Origin: a virus
Taxonomy: Duplodnaviria; Caudoviricetes
Virus record (IMG/VR): IMGVR_UViG_3300033515_000012
Location: 1-38,700 of that record
Reading direction: 5' to 3' (one strand)
DNA length: 38,700 nucleotides
This document shows positions 8,668 through 16,380 of the stretch, in pieces. The notes below the pieces were generated by a model, which did not search any database, was not told the DNA's origin, and saw nothing but the letters and a program-made list of their open reading frames with translations. Each line of letters starts with the position of its first letter. The stretch's first letter is position 1. A program made the position numbers and the translations under genes.

Positions 8668-9078
8668 ATTTATTTAATTTAATAGTTAGTTAATCAACGA
8701 TAGGGAGAACTGGGAAAGAATCATTTCACATCCAGTTCTCGATAATATCGTCGCTACAATAGATAATTAAGCCTCTATATAAAGCTGAAACGAGTCATTG
8801 GGACTTAATACGTACAATTACCAAATACGTCGTTTATAAGTTAAATTTAGAAAAAGAGATTGTATATTTATTTATTATCTAACTAGAACAAAATGTAATA
8901 TACAACCTCAATTAAACATTAATTCAGTGGCGAGTTCTGAAATACTTTTATATTAATTCAATTCTGGAATTGTACTGCTTGAAATTATAAATAAATTTAT
9001 AAAAACTTCAGACTATGACCAACCATGATTAATATAATTATATGTGACCATTTTACTTAATATTTAATTTTTTCTAAA

Positions 9079-9606
9079 TTATTTTAATTTTTTAAATTCA
9101 GAATATAGATAATCTATTGGATGAATAAATATAATATTTTCTTCAAATTCCTCATTTCTAAAAGGATTTAAGTGATATGATAATTTTTCACTAAACCAAT
9201 TTGGATATTGATTATTTGTATAATCAGCTTTAGACAAACCTTGTTCAGTAAATTCTTTTGATAATTGCACAATTAAATGTGTCATACAAAATTCAAACCA
9301 ATGAATACCTTCTACATATATTTCACAATAAGATTCACCTTGTTTCACAGTATTTGTGTCATAATCCATTTCAAAACAACCTTGTTTAGTATTATTTACA
9401 ATACCTTCTGGTTCAGATGATCTGTATTTTTTATATGGTATTTTATGATTAATGTGTGTAACATCTAAATAATCTAATCCATGATATTCACCACCACATT
9501 CTGATGAATAAAACCCACCAAAACCAAATTCTTCATCAGGAAATAATATTTTACACATTTCTAATAATTTAGATTTGTGTTCTTCTGTTAGTTTAATTGA
9601 TTTCAT
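9079..9606 (-). CDS. Hypothetical protein, paralog of 9593..10009
   Basis: Shared KLxxMCKxLFP and IHWxxF motifs. Confidence 0.8.
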   Translation of the reverse strand: MKSIKLTEEHKSKLLEMCKILFPDEEFGFGGFYSSECGGEYHGLDYLDVTHINHKIPYKKYRSSEPEGIVNNTKQGCFEMDYDTNTVKQGESYCEIYVEGIHWFEFCMTHLIVQLSKEFTEQGLSKADYTNNQYPNWFSEKLSYHLNPFRNEEFEENIIFIHPIDYLYSEFKKLK

Positions 9607-10009
9607 GATTTTTTTTTATTAAATTATAATAATTAAAAGTTTTTTTATCAATTTTTTCAAATTGTTCATACATTTTATCAACTAATGCTGAATTAATACC
9701 GTTTGAACATATTAATTCTTCAAAATAATCACCGCCTGTACCATTAATATATGTATCATACACAGTATATAATTTATTTTGAAAATGTGTTAATAAAAAA
9801 TCTAACCAATGAATTTTAATTAAATATTCCCCTTCATTTGACGAATTTCTATCTAATATCCACAATCCTATTTTATTTTTATAAATTTTAGGTTTACATT
9901 CAGGAAATAATGTTTTACACATTATTGATAATTTGCATATTTGTATTTTTGTTAATATTATTGGATTCATAAACAAGCTTTTATAAATAAATAAATAAAA
10001 AACAACCAT
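9593..10009 (-). CDS. Hypothetical protein (start probably at MNPIIL, 9970)
   Basis: KLSIMCKTLFP...IHWLDF similarity to adjacent gene. Confidence 0.75.
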   Translation of the reverse strand: MVVFYLFIYKSLFMNPIILTKIQICKLSIMCKTLFPECKPKIYKNKIGLWILDRNSSNEGEYLIKIHWLDFLLTHFQNKLYTVYDTYINGTGGDYFEELICSNGINSALVDKMYEQFEKIDKKTFNYYNLIKKNHEIN

Positions 10010-10094
10010 AAAATAATAAATATACCAATTATTGAAAATAATAAAATATCATATAAATAATATTTTAACCAATTAATAAATAATTTTATTTTTT

Positions 10095-10367
10095 TCATTT
10101 TAATTGAAGTTTATCAAAATTAGATTTTAAATATTTTAAATTATCTTCAGATTCAAGTATTTGAATTTCTTTATCTTTGATTTGAGTTTCTCTTTTTTCA
10201 ATCATATTAAGTTTTAATTCTTCTAATATAATTAATTGTGAGTTTTCATCCCAATTATCAAATATGTGATCAGCTAATCTTTTAGCTTCCATAACAGCTA
10301 ATTTACTTGTGCCAGGTACATAACTTAAGAATTTATAAGTTATGTACCGTTTAAAACGACGTATCAT
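10095..10367 (-). CDS. Hypothetical protein with coiled-coil C-terminus
   Basis: 90 aa ORF. Confidence 0.7.
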   Translation of the reverse strand: MIRRFKRYITYKFLSYVPGTSKLAVMEAKRLADHIFDNWDENSQLIILEELKLNMIEKRETQIKDKEIQILESEDNLKYLKSNFDKLQLK

Positions 10368-10373
10368 GTTTAT

Positions 10374-10556
10374 TTATGTTAATTTAACATTCATATTAAA
10401 TGAATGACGTTTATTATTTAACATAGAATCTACAAGATACGCTTGTAATTCTTGTTTTGTTTTAAATTCTTTTTCTGGTTTAGAAAAAGGTTTTTTAAAT
10501 ACTTTATTACTGTTACTATTATTTGCAGTAATTTTTGGTGTATTTTGTGTATTCAT
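10374..10556 (-). CDS. Hypothetical protein
   Basis: 60 aa ORF preceded by ACATTATG start context. Confidence 0.7.
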   Translation of the reverse strand: MNTQNTPKITANNSNSNKVFKKPFSKPEKEFKTKQELQAYLVDSMLNNKRHSFNMNVKLT

Positions 10557-10579
10557 AATGTTTTAATTTTATTAGTTAT

Positions 10580-10753
10580 TTATTTAATTTGAAATTCTGT
10601 ACTAAAAGGTATAAATACTGAAGTTTGTGAAGATCCATTATATTCTATACAAAGTCTTCTAAATATCCAACCTCCTGGAACTCTAGTGATATGATAATCT
10701 GTAGAATGATCTTTATAAGATTCTCCAAATTTTAATTCGTATATTTTATCCAT
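10580..10753 (-). CDS. Small hypothetical protein (57 aa) with RVPGGW motif
   Basis: Manual translation MDKIYELKFGES...ITRVPGGWIFR...VFIPF. Confidence 0.65.
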   Translation of the reverse strand: MDKIYELKFGESYKDHSTDYHITRVPGGWIFRRLCIEYNGSSQTSVFIPFSTEFQIK

Positions 10754-10771
10754 AATTAATTTTATTAATTT

Positions 10772-11062
10772 TTAAATTAAATAATCAATATGTAAATTTA
10801 ACATATTACTTCCTTTAATGATTTTAGAACCATATTTATGTGAAAATTTATGTAAATGCATTATATGACAAGAACCATCACCAAACATTTTAAATTCTTT
10901 AATTATTCCAGTAAATGTTTGATCATGATACCCACATTCTGGGTCTTCATCAATATTTCCTTTAGAAAACCATTTAAATTTATCTCCTATTGAAAATATT
11001 TTACCATCTAATTTTCTTTTAACTGAAAGTATTTCAATATTATTTTTCATTTTGTAATTCAT
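10772..11062 (-). CDS. Hypothetical protein (start likely 11050)
   Basis: EILSVKRKLDGKIFSIGD module shared with 6928..7689. Confidence 0.7.
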   Translation of the reverse strand: MNYKMKNNIEILSVKRKLDGKIFSIGDKFKWFSKGNIDEDPECGYHDQTFTGIIKEFKMFGDGSCHIMHLHKFSHKYGSKIIKGSNMLNLHIDYLI

Positions 11063-11393
11063 TTAAAATTTTCATACCAATATGTTGTGGTTCAACATTT
11101 TTTACTTTCTTTTCAACTTCTTTATTTTCTAAAGGTTTAGTCGCAATTAAATCATATTCTTTTAATTGTAAATTCGTTAAAGGTATTCTATTAAGACACC
11201 CATAATGATCATTTTCACAATAATAATAAGTATTATTAAATGAATTATATCTAATATCGTCCTCATCATCTGTTTTTGACCAACATACAAATTGATAATG
11301 TGGTTTAAATACTATCAATAATAAGATAATAAGTATTGTAAATACAGTTATCATACTACATAAAACAGGGTATTCACATAATAACTCATTCAT
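11040..11393 (-). CDS. Hypothetical membrane-anchored protein
   Basis: N-terminal hydrophobic helix; C-terminus shared with 11386..11721. Confidence 0.7.
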   Translation of the reverse strand: MNELLCEYPVLCSMITVFTILIILLLIVFKPHYQFVCWSKTDDEDDIRYNSFNNTYYYCENDHYGCLNRIPLTNLQLKEYDLIATKPLENKEVEKKVKNVEPQHIGMKILNELQNEK

Positions 11394-11721
11394 TTTCTAA
11401 AGATTTTAAGATTTGCATACCAATATGTTGACTTTCAACATTTTTAATTTTGGTAACTTCTGTCCATGATTTATTAGATTCATATCTAAAATCATTTAAT
11501 ACAAAGTTCCAATAAAGGTTCCATAAATAACTAAAATATGGTTGTGTTAAATAACCTAATTTATTGTATCTGTTTTTAACTCTAGCAAATTCATCTTGTT
11601 GTACAAGACGTAAATGTTTAAATATTTCTTGTGATTCAATAGCTTTAATCATTGACATCACTTTAGTTCCTTTATATCCAGCTTTTTCAAGTTGAGATAT
11701 AGATGATTGTTGTTTTTTCAT
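11386..11721 (-). CDS. Hypothetical protein
   Basis: 111 aa ORF with TAACTAAC...ACATTATG leader. Confidence 0.75.
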   Translation of the reverse strand: MKKQQSSISQLEKAGYKGTKVMSMIKAIESQEIFKHLRLVQQDEFARVKNRYNKLGYLTQPYFSYLWNLYWNFVLNDFRYESNKSWTEVTKIKNVESQHIGMQILKSLENE

Positions 11722-11741
11722 AATGTTTTTTGTTAGTTAAT

Positions 11742-11990
11742 CTACCATTCTATATTTGGATCTACACAAGATTTACCATTAATAAATAATTCTATACTAA
11801 TAGAAGTGTTTTTTATTAATATACTATCTATTGATTGTGGTACATCAGAAGATTCTTCTAAATCATCTTCTGTAATTGTTTTTGTTGCTTTATCAATTAA
11901 GTCATCTTTAGCAATTAATAATCCATAATAACATGTTTCTAAAATATCAAGTTTTTGTTTTGATAATTTTGTTAAATCTAAATTTTTCAT
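11742..11990 (-). CDS. Hypothetical acidic protein
   Basis: 82 aa ORF with TAACTAAC leader. Confidence 0.7.
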   Translation of the reverse strand: MKNLDLTKLSKQKLDILETCYYGLLIAKDDLIDKATKTITEDDLEESSDVPQSIDSILIKNTSISIELFINGKSCVDPNIEW

Positions 11991-12320
11991 AATATTTAAT
12001 TGTTAGTTAATAATTTTTTAATAGTTAATAATAAAAAAAATGTTGAAGCTTCACATACTAGAGATAAATCCTACTTCAACTGGTAACATTGAGCTGTTAC
12101 AGGGAAACTCACGATGCTTATCTTCATCTAGTTTCACGTTATTATCCTAGTGATAAGTTCAAATAACCGTTATTTTAAAAAACAACACTATAGTTTGTCA
12201 ATCTACATTTCCCCAATTATAAGTTTTATACTTATGTGCTGACGACCAAGTAAGACACTGCTTATAATTGTTATCCACGTGGATAGGGTGCTAGACATTT
12301 GCACTAAATGTTGTTTTAAG

Positions 12321-12392
12321 TATTCCTAGAGAGAATCGAACTTTCGTTATCTGGTCGAAAACCAGAGGTCCTAACCACTAGACGATAGGAAC
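12321..12392 (-). tRNA. tRNA-Glu(TTC)
   Basis: GTTCCTA/TAGGAAT acceptor, GTCTAGTGGTTAGGAC D arm, TCTGG-TTTTCGA-CCAGA anticodon arm, GAAAG-TTCGATT-CTCTC T arm; CCA not encoded. Confidence 0.9.
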
Positions 12393-12454
12393 AAATGTAA
12401 GCCTTACACTTACTCGATAGTTCCATTGAGCGTTCATGTCACTATTAACCATTC

Positions 12455-12835
12455 TGGTGGAGCATCTGGGAGTCGAACCCAGGTCTTTCTTAAAATTCAA
12501 TATAATAAAATATTACAGTTTAGCTATAGATTAATGTGTTTAACTACACGAGGTCAACTGATAAATCAGCGATTCCACCACTTCATTTAATCTAATGAAG
12601 AAATCTTAAAATAATCTAAAAATTCTATTAAGCTGCTAATTCTAATTCACCTATTACAGTGTCAGATTTAACTGAAAGTTCATCAATACCGTTTAAAATA
12701 TTATGAACTACTTGCATGTTTGCTCTTGTTTGAGCGATCGTATTCTTGTCATTTCTTGTATTCACCTTAGTTTACGGTTATCTCTCCGACTGTTTATTAT
12801 ATTTACTACTTAAAAAATCAAATCCAGTATGCCCC
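12455..12835 (-). ncRNA. ssrA: tmRNA (381 nt)
   Basis: 5' GGGGCATACTGGATTTGA; 3' GACCTGGGTTCGACTCCCAGATGCTCCACCA; G3-U wobble in acceptor stem; helix-2 pairings AATATAATAA/TTATTATATT and ACAGT/ACTGT; tag frame ending ELELAA-TAA-TAG. Confidence 0.93.
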
Positions 12836-12984
12836 ATAGTTTTGTTGTTTAAGGTACAACAAAATAAACCTATTTTAGCACCCTCTTTCTTATATCAGTT
12901 CTATATACACTTAAAAGCCTATGTGATGTACTATAAGAGTAGGGTCATGTAGTTCATAAGAGGCTTTACAAACGCACATTAAAC

Positions 12985-13408
12985 TATTTTGTTACGTTAT
13001 TAAACTACTTGCTGAAAACTCATTTGTGTTGTAGTACGGCGACTTTTTAAAATTCATCACTTGATACTCTCTATGTTTTCACCTATTCCTTTCTCAAGGG
13101 AACAACACATCTACCATCTCTGATAGTATCTTTATGTAAATTACGGATATATATCCTTTAAACTGTGTCTATCACAAGAATAATTTACAAAGGTATTCAA
13201 TGTTTAACCTGTTTTAATATGCAGACTATAATACATATTTTATTATAAAACAACATATCCTTCAAGATAGGGATATATATACTTTCATGCACAAGTAAAT
13301 TAGCTTGCAACAATCCATCACCTACATATCGGTGCATTGGGGTACTATATCATACTCAACAAACATAACACCTCTTGATAGTGTTTAGAATCGTCACGTT
13401 ACAAAATA
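12985..13408 (-). ncRNA. Large multi-helix structured RNA, family unknown
   Basis: 12/13-bp closing stem plus many nested helices; no long ORF. Confidence 0.65.
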
Positions 13409-13483
13409 AATTTTATAAGAGGACGTGAATAATCAATTTATATTCTATTTATTGTTTTTCTATATGTTGTTTATATTTTTGTT

Positions 13484-13828
13484 TTAAGCTATTGTTTTAC
13501 TAACTGTTTTACGTTCACGTTTTTTCAAACTTCTAACTTTTGTAGGTTCTTTTTGAATAACATCTTTAATATGTTCAGATAATTGTCTAACACCTTTTGT
13601 TTCATGTGTAGGACATTTTTCTTTTTCTACAAAATCAACATTTAAAAGTTTATTTTCTAATTCGATATTGTTTTTATTATCAACATCTTTTGTTATTTTT
13701 TTTGTAATAACATCTTCAATACCATCTTGTGTTGTAAATTCGGAAGAATGTGGAGCATTAATTGCTGGATATATTTGCCATATAATTACACCTAGTAATA
13801 ATAATACAAAAATAATACTTGTCATCAT
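13484..13828 (-). CDS. Membrane-anchored hypothetical protein
   Basis: N-terminal hydrophobic helix, basic C-terminus. Confidence 0.75.
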   Translation of the reverse strand: MMTSIIFVLLLLGVIIWQIYPAINAPHSSEFTTQDGIEDVITKKITKDVDNKNNIELENKLLNVDFVEKEKCPTHETKGVRQLSEHIKDVIQKEPTKVRSLKKRERKTVSKTIA

Positions 13829-13932
13829 AATGTTTAATTTAATTTGTTAATATTTATAAATTACTGACTGTAACAGTTTAATATTGATACTATCTCTATT
13901 AAGTTTTGAATTTCACAATTTTGTAAAAATAT

Positions 13933-14238
13933 TTATATTACTAAATATTTCTTTTTAGGTTTACCTGTTTTTTCAGATATACCTGTAATAATGTAATATT
14001 TTCCTTTATTGTTTTGATAAACATCAAATACTTTACCTTCTTCTGAAGTGTAAGTTTTATTTGTTTTAACATCAACTTTTTCGTGAAAATTACCTTGAGA
14101 ATCAACTGTTGTGTTTGGAACTTTTGGTTTCTCTTGTTTTACAACATTTGTGTTAATTGTTGGTAATTTCACATTTACTGTTTGAGCTGTAGCTGTTAAT
14201 GACATAATTAACATTGCTAAAAATAGAACTTTTTTCAT
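13933..14238 (-). CDS. Putative secreted protein
   Basis: Signal peptide MKKVLFLAMLIMSLTATA-Q. Confidence 0.8.
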   Translation of the reverse strand: MKKVLFLAMLIMSLTATAQTVNVKLPTINTNVVKQEKPKVPNTTVDSQGNFHEKVDVKTNKTYTSEEGKVFDVYQNNKGKYYIITGISEKTGKPKKKYLVI

Positions 14239-14250
14239 TTTTAATTTGGT

Positions 14251-14284
14251 TTTTAATTGTTTTTAATTGTTTTTAATTGTTTTT
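14251..14284. repeat. 10-bp tandem repeat (TTTTAATTGT)x3
   Basis: Directly visible, immediately upstream of 13933..14238. Confidence 0.85.
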
Positions 14285-14286
14285 AT

Positions 14287-15018
14287 TTATAAATTTTGTT
14301 CAATCCATTTATTCATTGTAGGTGTAGATAATATCTTATCACTACTTGTTTTTAAAATACTCGGTACATCTTCATTAAAATTATTTAATAATTCAATAAC
14401 TTCTTCTCTATCCCAACTATCTTTAATTGATTTAATTGTAATAGTATTGTCAGAATTTACTTTTAAGTTAGTAAAAAAATCTGTTTCACATTTAGGTTCA
14501 TTTGGCATTTTATTATCTTGACACCCCCATATATATTCTGTTTTCCCACAAATAATACATTTAGATATACAAGTATATTCAACTAATACATCACTAATAA
14601 CATTTCCTTTGTTATATTTTTCAATGTATTCTTCAATAAATTGTTTTGATGGTTGAGGTAATGAATTAGCTCCACCAACACCATTTCTATAATAAGCATC
14701 AATTTCAGATTCTATTTTTAATGAAGAATCTGTAGAAGCCAAAACTTTATATCCTTCATTATTAATATTAGGATAATCAATTAAATCTTGTTTAGTTACT
14801 TGATGTATCCATTTTTTATTAATAGGTTTTACATGAAATTTAATATAATTGCTTTCTTTTATTTCATCATCTGAAATAATGTATAAATTTTGAGGTTTAC
14901 AATAGGAAGTATATTCTAAATTATTACCAAAACATAATCCATTATCACCTATAAATCCAATATTACTTGTATTTTTTGTTGGTAATATTATTACCTTTGC
15001 TTTTTTAAATTGTTTCAT
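14287..15018 (-). CDS. Hypothetical phage protein, paralog of 1..400
   Basis: ILPT...QNLYIISDDEIKE...KVLASTD...QFIEEY parallels the partial ORF at the window start. Confidence 0.8.
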   Translation of the reverse strand: MKQFKKAKVIILPTKNTSNIGFIGDNGLCFGNNLEYTSYCKPQNLYIISDDEIKESNYIKFHVKPINKKWIHQVTKQDLIDYPNINNEGYKVLASTDSSLKIESEIDAYYRNGVGGANSLPQPSKQFIEEYIEKYNKGNVISDVLVEYTCISKCIICGKTEYIWGCQDNKMPNEPKCETDFFTNLKVNSDNTITIKSIKDSWDREEVIELLNNFNEDVPSILKTSSDKILSTPTMNKWIEQNL

Positions 15019-15143
15019 AATATTATAGTTTAGTTAGTTAGTTAATAATTTGTTTTAAAAATAAACTCTACAAGGTTGCACCTTGCTATAGCTCCTATTA
15101 AATGAGATTAATGATTAGCCTGCAATTGGATAGAGTTTTAAAA

Positions 15144-15326
15144 TAAATATTGGTAGTTAGTTCTTCTACGTATGAGGTAAGCTAAACATAGCCCACACAA
15201 CCTAATTATTCTACCAATATTTAATAATTTGTTTGCATTTTACACCTAAAACTTTAATAGTTAGTTTTTCTACATTTCACGAACCTACACACGGTGTGGT
15301 ATGGAAACAACCTAATTATTCTATTA
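15144..15326 (-). repeat. Two copies of a bipartite structured motif
   Basis: TAGTTAGTTyTTCTAC (15154, 15258) and ACAACCTAATTATTCTA (15197, 15307) flanking variable hairpins. Confidence 0.8.
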
Positions 15327-15369
15327 TAGAAACTGGTGTTCTCAATGACTTGAAAAGTTATTAAGTTTT

Positions 15370-15540
15370 TTAAGGTTCATAATCAGCTATCATCATACCT
15401 AATTTTATAAGTATTAATAATGGTGATAATATAAAGAATAATAATGGATATAATCCACTTGTTGTTAAATCTTCTTTATATGATTGATATGTACAACCTA
15501 TACCTATTATGTATGATATTGTGATAATTTCTACTATCAT
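15370..15540 (-). CDS. Small membrane protein (56 aa)
   Basis: Manual translation MIVEIITISYIIGIG...LYPLLFFILSPLLILIKLG; ACATTATG start context. Confidence 0.6.
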   Translation of the reverse strand: MIVEIITISYIIGIGCTYQSYKEDLTTSGLYPLLFFILSPLLILIKLGMMIADYEP

Positions 15541-15552
15541 AATGTTAAATAA

Positions 15553-15783
15553 TTATTCATCTACAGGATTTAAATATACTGTATTTTCATTAGTAGTTAA
15601 TTGTAATTGTCTAATACCATCTTGTGGTATATCTGATTCTAAACCTTCCCATTTAAATTGAATAGAATTATCAGATTTGTTTTGTTTATTTTCAAGTTTA
15701 TTATATCCACGATATAATTGAATATTTAATATTACTGAAAATATTAATATTATAGTTAATATTAATTGAAATGTTGATTTCAT
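15553..15783 (-). CDS. Membrane-anchored hypothetical protein
   Basis: N-terminal hydrophobic helix; TAACTAACTAAC...ACATTATG leader. Confidence 0.75.
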   Translation of the reverse strand: MKSTFQLILTIILIFSVILNIQLYRGYNKLENKQNKSDNSIQFKWEGLESDIPQDGIRQLQLTTNENTVYLNPVDE

Positions 15784-15801
15784 AATGTAAAAATGTGTTA
15801 G

Positions 15802-15891
15802 TTAGTTAATGTTCCAAATAATGTAATATAATAATGAGAATATTACAAATGTAAATAAATAATACATACCTATTGACGCTTGTCTTTTCAT
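15802..15891 (-). CDS. Very small hydrophobic peptide (29 aa)
   Basis: MKRQASIGMYYLFTFVIFSLLYYIIWNIN; same conserved leader as neighbours. Confidence 0.55.
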   Translation of the reverse strand: MKRQASIGMYYLFTFVIFSLLYYIIWNIN

Positions 15892-15920
15892 AATGTTGTA
15901 AAATTAGTTAGTTAATGTTG

Positions 15921-16106
15921 TTAAAATTGTAATTTATTACTATCATCATTGCTATAAATGATAAATAATGTAATTATAAATATAATATATAATGCCATAA
16001 TATATGATGATTTGGTTAATAAAAAAGCTATTAGAGTTAAATAAATTGATGATGTGATGTATTTGAGAGATTTGTTTGAACTAAAATGGTTTTGATAGCC
16101 CCGCAA
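15921..16106 (-). CDS. Small membrane protein
   Basis: 61 aa, two hydrophobic segments; non-ATG start uncertain. Confidence 0.45.
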   Translation of the reverse strand: MRGYQNHFSSNKSLKYITSSIYLTLIAFLLTKSSYIMALYIIFIITLFIIYSNDDSNKLQF

Positions 16107-16342
16107 TTACACTACAATATTAATAAATATAAACATCTAAAATAAACAAATATTCAACTGTCACAAAGTAGTTAGTGAACTGTAAATAAACTATTTTTAT
16201 GAAGTAAATAGTATTTATTTTAGATGTATATATATTAAGGTATAAATTAATTGTAGCTTTGTAGAAAGTTGACTAAGTCAATATTAGCTTTGTGGAAAAT
16301 TTATACACAAAACAGTAAATGATAAATCTACTTAAATACAAT

Positions 16343-16372
16343 AAAAATAGAGAGTGAATTAACACTCTCTAT
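16343..16372 (-). terminator. Intrinsic terminator after 16381..16836
   Basis: TAGAGAGTG/CACTCTCTA stem followed by a T-tract on the minus strand. Confidence 0.85.
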
Positions 16373-16380
16373 AGTTTTAA

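Noticed and set aside
8770-8836. Possible hammerhead ribozyme (GAAAC...GTTT)
   Set aside because: No CUGANGA core upstream of the putative stem II
12746-12952. 68-aa plus-strand ORF
   Set aside because: Antisense to the tmRNA 5' end and upstream structured RNA; non-ATG start
13218-13352. Group I intron-like words (CAGACTA on plus, GATATAGTAC on minus)
   Set aside because: Wrong strand/order for P7 pairing and no interrupted host gene
15154-15323. CRISPR mini-array interpretation of repeats with ~30-nt variable inserts
   Set aside because: Two different alternating repeats, only two units, inserts form hairpins, no cas genes
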